Shown piece after piece: positions 35,726 through 45,700 of a stretch of DNA of 64,000 bases. Every line of letters begins with the position of its first letter. The stretch's first letter is position 1. Below the pieces are notes generated by a model that saw nothing but the letters and a program-made list of their open reading frames with translations, had not been told where the DNA came from and made no database searches. Origin of the DNA: a virus. A program made the translations under genes and the position numbers. The DNA is taken from the IMG/VR virus record IMGVR_UViG_3300049049_000237, positions 112,003-176,002 of that record; one strand, written 5' to 3'.

Positions 35726-36087
35726 TCGTCCTTCTTGTTGTTCTTCCAGTCGTCCGCGAGATCCTTGATCTTCGAGAACGAGTAGTCGGAGAACATGCCG
35801 ACCACACCACCCCAGACGATGGTGATCGAGCACGTCTCCCAAATGCTGTCGAACTTCTGGAGGTAAACCTCGATGGCCTCGGGGTGTAGCGGCACGAACG
35901 TCGCAACCAGCGCACCCGTGATGACGGGCACGCCGGGGAACACGATGCGGTTGAGGAAGACGTTCTTCTTCCGCTTCTCGCGACCGATGCGGATGTCCAC
36001 CAGCGTCTTGACGAGCTGAGTGAAGCCCCAGCACATGGCGCCGATGATGAGCGCCTGCCAGGTCGCGAGCTGTTCGACGAGTGCCAT
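35722..36087 (-). CDS. Putative holin
   Basis: 121 aa, 2-3 hydrophobic helices, charged C-terminus, downstream of tail genes. Confidence 0.6.
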   Translation of the reverse strand: MALVEQLATWQALIIGAMCWGFTQLVKTLVDIRIGREKRKKNVFLNRIVFPGVPVITGALVATFVPLHPEAIEVYLQKFDSIWETCSITIVWGGVVGMFSDYSFSKIKDLADDWKNNKKDE

Positions 36088-36099
36088 GTGCTCCCCCTC

Positions 36100-38349
36100 T
36101 CAGAAGTTGCGCGGACCGGGATCGCTGACGACGAGCTGGATGCCGTAGATGGCGTCGAGCGCCGTGCCGGCGGTGTTGCCGGCGGTGATCATGAGGTGGT
36201 AGTCGCGGCAGTCGAGCGAACCGAGACCGTTGTCACGCACGACCGTATGGCCCGCTCCGAGAGCGCTCGCGAGCGAGATGCGCTGCTGGAGCAGTGACGC
36301 GTCGTCGTACACGCTCGCGAGTACGGTCTGTGCGATCGGATTGTTGTACGGCGAGTTGAAGTCGACCGCGGTGTAGCAGAGCGAGACGTTGAGGCGGTTC
36401 GTGCCCGCACGCGCAGCTCCGGGCGTGACCATCACACGAACGTCCGTGATGATCATGCCCTCGCGCAGGTAGCTGTTGAGGGGGAACACGACGGTGCCGC
36501 TGTTCGCCAGCGAGAGCCACAGGGGCCCGTCGGTGAAGATCATGCCGTAGCCCCAGCCCGGCGAGGCCCCACCCATCGCGAGGCCATCTGCGAGGCTCAC
36601 GAGGTAGCGACGCGTGACCGCGTTCTCGTAGACGAAGCCACCGCTCTGCGGCGACTTCGACGTGAAGACGCTGCCGTAGACTCCGCCGCCCGAGTTGACG
36701 TGGAAGACCTCCTGCGAGCCTCCATCTTCGATACTCACGCCGCGGATGAGCGCCGACTCGCCCACGCCGCCGGTGACGAGCATCAGGGCCGTGCCATCAT
36801 CGGTGCCCGGTGCCTCGATCACCGCCGCAGTACGCGTCGACGTGCCCGCCGTGATCGACGAGAACCCGACGTCGACCTGTCGCAGGCCGAGCGTGGTGCC
36901 GAAGAGCAGCCGCAGCGTGCCTGCGCCAGCCACCGGCAGCGACACCGTCTGCCCGCCGAGACCCTCCAGCGTGATGCGACCGGTGTTGGTGTCGCGGCCC
37001 GTGACGAGGTAGATGCCCTGCTGCGCCGTCGGAGTGAGGACCTCCACCAGCGTCGTCGACGGATGAACGTTCCAGTCGGCCGCGGTGACGTCGGTGAGGT
37101 CGACGTTGTAGCCGCCCGAGTTGATGAAGTTGAAGTTGATGATGCCCGTCGGCGAGGAGGCCGGGCGCTTGTCGCCCTGCACGATGACGCCGAAGTGCGA
37201 GATGAGATCGCCCGCCGACATGGCAGCGAAGCCCGTCTCGTACGGGTTGGTACCCTCGTCCTGCCGCACGTACATCGCAGCGGCGCCGAACCTCGTACCG
37301 AGGTTGTAGAGCGTGCTGCTGACGCTGTCCGAATCCACCAACGACTCGATGGTGCCGGACGAGTGGATGTTGATGACGTCGTTCGGCGTGCCGTTCGTGA
37401 GCGTGTGGCGGAAGCGCGCCAGGTACGTCGATGCGATCGACGACACCGCGCTGCCGTACACGTCGAGCGGCGACGTCTCCGTCGGCATGGCGACGAGCGT
37501 CAGGCCTCGATGGTTCGAGCTGTTGTTCGATCCCCACTGGCTGTACGAGCCGAACTTGGGGCGATAGAACGCCGCCGCGGCCACGGTGTTCGCCGGGAAG
37601 GTGGGCAGCGTCCCGTCGAGATTGCGCAGCGTGCAGCGTGCGTTCTGGCCGCCGACGAGGGTGTCCACGATGTACAGACCGTCGTACCCGCCGCTGGACA
37701 CGGGTCCGGTGCCACTGACCTCGACGAGGTCGAGCCCGAGCGCCACCGCCGTCACCCCGCCGGTGTGCATCGTTCCGGCGTTCAGCGAGAGCTGCGTTGC
37801 GCCGGCTGCACCGGGGTTGAGGGTGACCGCGTTCGCGAGCGAGAACGTCGTCCCGTTCGCCGCCGTGAAAGAGAGCACACGGCGATCGAGGTACCCGAAG
37901 AACGACGCGACGCCTGTCGAGAGCCCGAAGCCCGCGAAGTCGAACCCGCCACCACCATCGGTGACATCGTTCGTCGCATCCGCACGGAACATCGCGTTCG
38001 CGATGTCGGACGTGTAGATGAACGCCATGCCCGACTGCGCCTCGACCGCGCCGCCGTCGGTCGTGATGAAGCGACCCGACGATGGATCGGACACCGCGCC
38101 GCAGCGGTACGCCGCATCGAGACCGGACGTCTCGAACGCTGCCAGACGATCGTTCAGATCATCGTCGTTCAGGGCGAGTGCGTAGTGCGACCGGTTCGCG
38201 ATCGCGCTGGTGAGCTGCTCACCGAACGCGATGCCGCGGTTGTTCGCGCTGAACGTGGGCGGCGCGGCGGTGTCGACCGGGACCCACCCCGGGTCACCAG
38301 GGGAGCCTGCACCGTTGCCGAAGAGCTCTTGCGACGTGAAGAAGGGCAT
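36100..38349 (-). CDS. Tail fibre / baseplate-associated virion protein (749 aa)
   Basis: G/T/S-rich beta-type composition; last gene of the baseplate operon. Confidence 0.65.
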   Translation of the reverse strand: MPFFTSQELFGNGAGSPGDPGWVPVDTAAPPTFSANNRGIAFGEQLTSAIANRSHYALALNDDDLNDRLAAFETSGLDAAYRCGAVSDPSSGRFITTDGGAVEAQSGMAFIYTSDIANAMFRADATNDVTDGGGGFDFAGFGLSTGVASFFGYLDRRVLSFTAANGTTFSLANAVTLNPGAAGATQLSLNAGTMHTGGVTAVALGLDLVEVSGTGPVSSGGYDGLYIVDTLVGGQNARCTLRNLDGTLPTFPANTVAAAAFYRPKFGSYSQWGSNNSSNHRGLTLVAMPTETSPLDVYGSAVSSIASTYLARFRHTLTNGTPNDVINIHSSGTIESLVDSDSVSSTLYNLGTRFGAAAMYVRQDEGTNPYETGFAAMSAGDLISHFGVIVQGDKRPASSPTGIINFNFINSGGYNVDLTDVTAADWNVHPSTTLVEVLTPTAQQGIYLVTGRDTNTGRITLEGLGGQTVSLPVAGAGTLRLLFGTTLGLRQVDVGFSSITAGTSTRTAAVIEAPGTDDGTALMLVTGGVGESALIRGVSIEDGGSQEVFHVNSGGGVYGSVFTSKSPQSGGFVYENAVTRRYLVSLADGLAMGGASPGWGYGMIFTDGPLWLSLANSGTVVFPLNSYLREGMIITDVRVMVTPGAARAGTNRLNVSLCYTAVDFNSPYNNPIAQTVLASVYDDASLLQQRISLASALGAGHTVVRDNGLGSLDCRDYHLMITAGNTAGTALDAIYGIQLVVSDPGPRNF

Positions 38350-38362
38350 TGTTCTCCTGCTC

Positions 38363-39010
38363 TCAGAAACGGAACTCCCAGCGGACCTCGATGCTGAACA
38401 CGCCGGACTTGTGGATGGTGTTGAACGTGTCGTAGGCGATCATCAGACCGCCTGCACCCGGGTACGCGCCCGCAGCGCCATTCGGCAGCGAGGGGTCTGC
38501 CGCACTCGTGAAGAGACCGATCTCCGAGAGCGGCACGCTCGCGTAGCTGCCGAAGTTCAAGTCGGTCTCGCTGAAGACCGACGTGAAGCGCACGGACGTG
38601 GCCGTGGGGAACGTCGCGGGTGCCGTGATCTCCCGCATCCAGAGCGGAGCGGAGGTCACCTGCACCGGGCGCTGAAGACCGGTGACCGTCAGGTCGGTGT
38701 CGGTCTGCGTGTTCGAGCCCGGGTAGTCGGTGCTGAAGGGCGCCGCGCTCGCGATCGACGAGTTCTGCCGGCTGCCACCGATGCCGAACCCGACGTACCG
38801 GACGACCGTGTCCTGGTGTCGGGTGATGACTGGGGTCGTCGACGAGACGATCACCTCCGCCAAGAACTGGCGGCCGATGTTCGTCACGATGTTGTGCGTT
38901 CGCTCGCGCTGGACGATCTTGCCGCGCTCACGAACATCGAGCTCGATGTTGACGAGCCCGATGATCGCGTCAGGCGGCAGCGAGACGAGCTTCTTCGCGT
39001 GTCTGCTCAC
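38363..39010 (-). CDS. Baseplate / tail-collar-like structural protein
   Basis: HNIVTNIGR...GIG...EIGLF pattern. Confidence 0.6.
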   Translation of the reverse strand: MSRHAKKLVSLPPDAIIGLVNIELDVRERGKIVQRERTHNIVTNIGRQFLAEVIVSSTTPVITRHQDTVVRYVGFGIGGSRQNSSIASAAPFSTDYPGSNTQTDTDLTVTGLQRPVQVTSAPLWMREITAPATFPTATSVRFTSVFSETDLNFGSYASVPLSEIGLFTSAADPSLPNGAAGAYPGAGGLMIAYDTFNTIHKSGVFSIEVRWEFRF

Positions 39011-42000
39011 GGATGCACCGTATTCCCGGGGTCGATGATACCCGCCACGCCGTACGTCCCCGCAGGCAGAGTCATATCATACGTGGGCGTGAAGGTGTTG
39101 CCGGGCGTTCCGGTGTGGGCTCCCGAGACGTCCGTCACCAGCGTGTCGACGAAGAAGACCGAGTCGTAGGTGATGATCCCACCAGCCCAGTCGATCTCGA
39201 AGTAGAGCTGAATCCAGTCGCTCGGGCAGTCGACGTACCCGTCGTAGTACGAGATGCCGTCGTCGAACGACGTCCAAAGCGTCCCGTCGCCCCGGTAGTC
39301 GTCGTACATGAACGCTCGACCCATGCCGCAGCCCGAGTCGTAGAGCTTGAGCGTGATGCCCATCTCCAGGTCGTCGACGACGTCGATGTCGTCCACCAAC
39401 GTCTTCCCGCCCAGCATGATCGGGTGCGAGTACGTCGGCTTGATGCGGTAAATGAGCTGGTAGATGAGGGACAGGTTCGCGAGGGACACGAGGTCCAGGT
39501 TGAACCTGACGAGGAAGTAGAAGAACTTCTCCAGCTCCGTGAGCAGCCCGCTCGACACGAACGGGATGAACCACGTCGGGTTGTTCTTGTAGTCCTCGAT
39601 CCGCACGCCCGTGCCGATCGGGGCGAACTGGACGATGTAGTCGCCCACCGCGTACGGGACGCTCGTCCGCGGGTTCACTTCGAGGCCCGAGGTCGACGTG
39701 AGGTCGAGCGGGTCCTTGCGGTAGACGTACGAGCGTACGATCTCCGAGCGTGACGGCGTGTTGCCGTCATCGTCCTGGATCAGCATGCGGCCGTAGTCGG
39801 GGCTGTAGTCGTCGCGGATCTCCGTGATGTACCCGGCGACCTCAGCGAACGGCTGCCCGAAGAGGATCTGCGCACCGACGCGCATCGCGTACGGCGTCGG
39901 CCCACGCTGGCGGGCGTACATGATGCCGGCGACGCCGCTCAGGTACGAGAAACCCTCGCCCAGGTTCTCCGCGTCCTCGCGCAGGAAGCCCGCCAGACGA
40001 CCGAACAAGTTCTCGATGTTTTGGTCGTTCTTGAAGATGACGAGCTCGGCCCAGAGGACGTCCGGCGGCTCCGTGTCGGTGTCGATGAACACGTCGTCGC
40101 GGAACTGGAGCGTCGGCACCGCCTGCTCCAGGTCGTTGCGGTAGAACGGCTCCAGGAAGTAGTCGATGTTCTCCTTCCAGATGGTCGGGGTCATCGACTG
40201 CGGGATGATGTCCTGGAGGCGCGGGATGCTGACGACGTCGTCGGGCAGCGTGACGCCCTTGCGCCTCTTCACCCCGAGCAGCCGCGTGGTGTAGTCGCCG
40301 TCCGCCAGCACACCGAACACACCGTCCAGGCGAGCCGCGACCGTCATCCCGTACTGCGAGACCACGTACCCGCTGTGATCGGAGAACGAGTTCGTGGTCT
40401 CGTTGTACGCCTCGACCTTCACGAGATCGCCGGGGTACGCACCCTCGCTCTCGTAGTCGACCTCCGTGCTGCGGACGATGCTGGGGATCTCCCACTCCGC
40501 CGTCGCATCGAAGGGCAGCGGATCGCGCAGAAGCAGGCGCTGGTTCGTGCCGCTGTCTCGCGGGTCGTTCAGCACGCGATCGATCCGGAAGGCCTGCCCG
40601 CCGTTCAGGATGAGGAGGTCGCCGCTCTGCACGCCCTGCTCGACGAGGTCGACGCCCGTGTCCACGCGGTAGGTGTCGTCGGTAACACGAGCTCCACGGG
40701 CGCCGCTCAGGTAGTTGTACTGCCCGGTCGGGAAGCCCATCACGATCGCCGCGGTCGACGTCGCCCCGAGCCGGAAGGCCGTCGACGGCGAGCTCACGCC
40801 GAGCAGGTACCTACCCGCTTCGTTGCTCTCGTACGTCACCACGTCTCGGCTGGCGAGCGCCGCGTCGATGTCGGCGCGGATCTGCGCGATCGTGTTGCCG
40901 GTCAACGTGACCGAGACCTCGTCGAACGTCCCGTCAGCCTGCGGGAACTCGAACACCATCGTCGCCCCGGTGACCACGGGGTTTCCGAGGTTGAAGTTGT
41001 GCGTGCCTTCGAGCTTGCCGAACCGCGCCGAGATGACGGCCGTCTCGTGCTCGGTCTCGTTGATCATCGTGCGGAGCGCGACCCACTTCTTCTGGAAGAC
41101 GCGCTGCGCATCGCGAAGGCTCATGTTGTACTGGTGCTGCCAGACCTCCAGGAGGCGAGCTCCGAGGATCTGCGCAGCTCCGCGCCAGAACTCCGTGAAG
41201 ATCCCGCGCCCCTCGACGAGCTTCCACTCGTCACCGAGGGCGTCCCAGATGGCTTCGACACGCGGCTCGACGCCGAGCGGAGCTCGCGCTCCGACGACGC
41301 TGACGAGGACCTCGGACTCCTCCGAGAAGGCACCGTCGTCCTCGACGATGAGGCCGAAGCGGTAGATGCCCGGGATGTCCGGGACCGCGTACGGCGTCTC
41401 GGTGTCCGCCCCGACCAGCAGCGACTGACGGATGATCCGGAACGGCACGCCGGTGAGGTTGTCGGGGATCGTGTCCGTCGTGACCGTGAGCGTCCCGCCG
41501 ACGTTGTCGACCGTGTCGATGTCGTGGACCGTCTCCTGGATGACGAGCACGTCGTTCTGGGCGACCCACGAAGGAAGGGCCGACGGGGTGAACGAGAGGG
41601 TCGTGGTGACCCCGTCCGCATCACCATCGTCCGTCGTACTGCCCGAGGAGATGTCCGCGGCGAACTCCGAGCCGTACGGGGCATCCTTCGCGCGCCAGCG
41701 GTAGGTGAGCGGAGCGCCCTCGGGGTCGAAGCTCGCACGGCCGTCGAGGCGTGCCGTGTTGCCCGAGGAGATGACGCGGTCCGAGCCTGCGCTCGCCGTC
41801 GGGGGAAGGTTCGGGACGAGGAACGACCCAGCGAGCTGGAGAGCTCGGTACTCGACGCGGACCGGCTGCGAAGCCGACCCGATCACGGAGAGGCGGAACC
41901 GGTCGGCGGTCCCCGCAGGCGTCGGCTCGATCGGCAGGATCGCGCGCAGCGTGGGGAAGGGGTCCGACTCGCGGCCGATGTAGATGTACGCCCGACCCTT

Positions 42001-42459
42001 GTCGCCGCTCACCGCAACACGCACTCGATGGAAGTAGCGGTTGATCTCGGCCGTGAACGTGGTGCTGTCCGGGATGGGCGAGGCGCTGCCGTAGTCGTCG
42101 ATCCGGCTGAACGCCATGCCCGTGTGTGCGAAGTAGATCGCGACGCCTCGCCCTGCGTCGTCGGCGAGCTGAATGCCGACATGATGTTCGTCGATGTCGC
42201 CGACGCTGTGCGGCATGCTCGGGAACCGGGCGATGAAGTCGATCGTGTACGACGACGGCATCGCCACGTTGAAGTCGGCGGTTGCATGCACGCCGTCCGA
42301 GCTCTGTACGATCAGGAGCGCCGTGCTCGCGTCGTACGTGAAGTACGGGGCTGCGCCTGGCGTGAGCGACAGATCCGAGGGACCCAGCCCCAACATGAGC
42401 GACATCGTCGCTTCGTTGAAGTCTGCGAGATCCCATGTTGCGGAAGACGGAAGAGGCAT
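39007..42459 (-). CDS. Large baseplate wedge protein with PKD/Ig-like domain
   Basis: PKD signature PTASAG.D...LDGRASFDPEG..LTYRW; C-terminal RIKPTYS. Start reassigned to ATG 42459. Confidence 0.65.
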   Translation of the reverse strand: MPLPSSATWDLADFNEATMSLMLGLGPSDLSLTPGAAPYFTYDASTALLIVQSSDGVHATADFNVAMPSSYTIDFIARFPSMPHSVGDIDEHHVGIQLADDAGRGVAIYFAHTGMAFSRIDDYGSASPIPDSTTFTAEINRYFHRVRVAVSGDKGRAYIYIGRESDPFPTLRAILPIEPTPAGTADRFRLSVIGSASQPVRVEYRALQLAGSFLVPNLPPTASAGSDRVISSGNTARLDGRASFDPEGAPLTYRWRAKDAPYGSEFAADISSGSTTDDGDADGVTTTLSFTPSALPSWVAQNDVLVIQETVHDIDTVDNVGGTLTVTTDTIPDNLTGVPFRIIRQSLLVGADTETPYAVPDIPGIYRFGLIVEDDGAFSEESEVLVSVVGARAPLGVEPRVEAIWDALGDEWKLVEGRGIFTEFWRGAAQILGARLLEVWQHQYNMSLRDAQRVFQKKWVALRTMINETEHETAVISARFGKLEGTHNFNLGNPVVTGATMVFEFPQADGTFDEVSVTLTGNTIAQIRADIDAALASRDVVTYESNEAGRYLLGVSSPSTAFRLGATSTAAIVMGFPTGQYNYLSGARGARVTDDTYRVDTGVDLVEQGVQSGDLLILNGGQAFRIDRVLNDPRDSGTNQRLLLRDPLPFDATAEWEIPSIVRSTEVDYESEGAYPGDLVKVEAYNETTNSFSDHSGYVVSQYGMTVAARLDGVFGVLADGDYTTRLLGVKRRKGVTLPDDVVSIPRLQDIIPQSMTPTIWKENIDYFLEPFYRNDLEQAVPTLQFRDDVFIDTDTEPPDVLWAELVIFKNDQNIENLFGRLAGFLREDAENLGEGFSYLSGVAGIMYARQRGPTPYAMRVGAQILFGQPFAEVAGYITEIRDDYSPDYGRMLIQDDDGNTPSRSEIVRSYVYRKDPLDLTSTSGLEVNPRTSVPYAVGDYIVQFAPIGTGVRIEDYKNNPTWFIPFVSSGLLTELEKFFYFLVRFNLDLVSLANLSLIYQLIYRIKPTYSHPIMLGGKTLVDDIDVVDDLEMGITLKLYDSGCGMGRAFMYDDYRGDGTLWTSFDDGISYYDGYVDCPSDWIQLYFEIDWAGGIITYDSVFFVDTLVTDVSGAHTGTPGNTFTPTYDMTLPAGTYGVAGIIDPGNTVHP

Positions 42460-42482
42460 GAGCCGGTGGTAGGATAGCCCCG

Positions 42483-42785
42483 ATGCGCCTTCGTACGCTA
42501 CCGCTGCATGTTCGTCGTCGTCTCCTCGAACACGAACAGGATGTCTTGTCGCCCGCGTCCGAGAAGCAGGCACAGACCTTCTCGAAGCCGTGCCCCCGCT
42601 GCGGAGGTGCCATGCATCTCGCTCTCGCGGCCAAGCCCTTCGGGGGAGGGCTGCTGCCCCGCAACGAAGCGAAGTGCGTGGACTGTGGCTGCTCGATCGA
42701 CGCGACCACGGGCTTCATGACGGAGATGGGCAACCCGGCCAAGGTGGAGCCGGCGCTGCCCATCATCGATCCGAAGAAGGAGTAG
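42483..42785 (+). CDS. Zn-ribbon protein (100 aa)
   Basis: CPRCG...CVDCG; TGgTAGGAT-N7-ATG upstream; fits exactly between two minus-strand genes. Confidence 0.7.
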   Translation: MRLRTLPLHVRRRLLEHEQDVLSPASEKQAQTFSKPCPRCGGAMHLALAAKPFGGGLLPRNEAKCVDCGCSIDATTGFMTEMGNPAKVEPALPIIDPKKE

Positions 42786-42786
42786 T

Positions 42787-45700
42787 TCAGGCGCGGATGC
42801 CGCCCGGCGCGATGCGCACGATGGCGAGGTCGTCCGCGATGAAGCGCTGGGTGCGGCTGGTCTTCGCGTAGTCACGCACCAGCAGCGCCCGCATCTGGCG
42901 ATCGATCGTGTGGTAGATGATGACGAGGATCGGCGCCGAGCGGCCCGTGGGCGACTCGCTGTCGATGTTGTAGATGCTCGTCGCACCGCGCGACGTCATC
43001 ACCTTCGTCATGTCGACGATCTCCAGCTCCTCGTCCGAGCCGATCGCATCGAGGTACGTCGTGAGCGCGGTGCGCATCGACACCTCGGTCTCGCCGCCCG
43101 CGTAGCGCCACGTGATGTTCACGTAGTGCGGGAGCAGGTGGCGCGCGAGGATCTCTTCGACGACGACGCGATGGTCGTCCGAGTCGCAGAAGCTCTGGAC
43201 GTCGTCGACGAGCTGACTGCGATCGTAGGACACCTGCACGTTCTGCTGGCTGAGCTGCACGTACTCCTCGGGGCTGTCCGAGCTGCCCACGAGCAGGATG
43301 GTGCGGCTGATCTCGGCGAACAGACGCTCCGCTCGGCTGTACGAGAGGGTGTCGTTGTCCGTGTACAGCCGGTAGCCGTCCGAGACGTGCCCGGTGATCT
43401 CCATCGACAGGTTCGCGGGCGCGTTGTTCCGGTCTCCCGGCGCGAGCGACAGGAGCTCGACGTCGACGTAGTAGAGCCCCGTGCCGTCCTGGTTGTCGTT
43501 CATCTCGGTGCTGCTGATGCGCTGCACGTGACGCACGATGCGGTACGCCGTGTCCGCCACCGCGGTGGTACTGGCGAACACCGTGTCCGGCGAGAGCGTC
43601 AGCGTGTTCGGCTCGACGTCCGTGATGATGTAGCGACCAGCGCGCGGATGCGCCGTGCTCCTCGGAGCTCCCGCGAGCAGTAGCGGATCCGAGCCGCCGA
43701 GGATGGTGCTGTCGTCCCGGATGGTGATCTGCACGTCACCTTCGAGAACGAGGTAGCCCGAGCCGTCGATGGTCGCGATCTCTTCGCCCACTTGCTCGTT
43801 GATGAACTCGGCGATGTCGTCGCGCGTGAGCGCTACCGAGAACGAGACGGTGATCCAAGGGTTCTCCGCGAGGCGGAGGATCAGCGTCTGACCGATGATG
43901 CCCGCGATCGTGCCGGGCGACGACAGAGCAGCCGTGCTCGTGATCGGTCGGTACAGCACTTCGAGGATATCGCCGTCGCGCACCCCGAGCGCCTGGAAGT
44001 TCACCTCGGTGTCCCCGAAGACGTTGTTGACCGAGCCCGTCGACGTCTCACCGCCCTTCGGCAGCTCCGTCAGCGGCGGCGCCGGCTGCACGATGCGCTG
44101 GTTCTCCGGATCCGGGCGGTACTCCAGGAGATCGGTGCCCACGAGCGTCGTCAGTCGCGTGGCGTCGTAGTGGAACTCCGCTGACGTGGGATCGAGGAAG
44201 TAGACCCGCGCCGAGCCCACCGACGGACGCCCGATGCGGATGCGAACGCCGACCTCGGGCAGCAGCGGGGTGACCGCGTAGAGCGGCGTGGTGAAGTCCG
44301 ACACCGGGCCCGAGCCGACGAGGAACGAGGTGGCCGTGCCGCTGTTCCGGAACAGCACCCGCGTGGTGCCGCGGTTGTTGCCGTCGACGAACTCGATGAG
44401 GTCTCCCTCTCGCGGGTTGTGCGCGGAGATGACGATCTCGATGTTGGTCGACGGGCGATCGGCCGTGTTGAACCCCAGCGAGACGTTCGCCGTGCCCGCC
44501 AGGTCCATCTGCACCCACTCGGGGCAGTAGATGCCGACGAACGACTGGCCGTTGTACGAGATGAGCGACGCGAAGACGGAGCGCCCAGCCAGCGTCACGT
44601 CGGCGTTGATCGCGCTCACGATCTGCGCGGGCGTCAACGAGCCCACCAAGTTCAGCGTGTGCGTCGCGGTCTGCCCAGCATAGGGCCTCGTCGCGTTGCG
44701 GAAGTTGAAGATGAGGGTCTGCCCCGCACCGAACGCGACCGTCGCGCCGAGGGCGCCCGTCACGAGGCCGATGCGATCGGGGAATCCTTCGTACGTCAGG
44801 CCCGACCCTTCGTTCTGGAAGCCGCGCGTCATCACGACGACCGGGTCGCGGTACGGAATCACCACCCCATTCGGGGCGCCGCCGCTGTCGAGGAGCTGGA
44901 GCTCCTTCACGCGGACGACCGGGGTCTGCACCGCCTCGCCGGCACGGAAGATGGTGTAGCGGACGTTCGAGACCGTACGCTCGGGCGTCGGCGAGATCGT
45001 GAGCTGCACGGGGCCCACGGCGTCGATGTTGTAGTCACCGCCGACGAAGTCGCCTTCGAGGCGGAGGGTGTCGTTCTGCTGGACGTTGGCGTCGATGAAG
45101 TTCGTCGAGCTCAGCGTGGTGACCGAGTTGTTTCCGGCCACGAGGACCATGTCCTCGCCGTCGACCTTGATGTCCTTCGGCTCCGTGAGCTCGACGCTGA
45201 TCTCGTTGACGATCTTCCAGGAGATGCCGCCCTGCGTGCCCGTCATCTCGACCGGGACGCGCACCTCGACCGTCGTGCCGTCCACGCGAGCATCGCGGAT
45301 CGCGTAGCTGCCGATGTCGACGCCCTCGCTCAGCACGATGCTGTAGTTCTGGCCCTCGATCGAAGCGAGGAGCGCGGCCGCGCCGCCCGTCGGATCGTTG
45401 ATGACGATCCAGTCCGCGTCGACCCCAGGCGACGCCACCGTCTCGGCGTCGAAGCCCATCGCGAGCGGTTCCTCGTCCGACAGACCCTCGATCGCGACCG
45501 TTTCCTCGGATGTCTCGCCTGCGAGGTACACGTCGGTCTTGCCGCCGATGTGGACCTCGTCACTGGTGATGACGAGCTCGCCGTCCGGAGTGTCCGGCAG
45601 CGTGATGCCGCCCGGGATGTCCGAGATGGTGAGCTCCTTCTTGCGCAGCGCCCACGACACCGACAGCGGGAACGACGGGAGCTCGATGTCGACGAGGATG

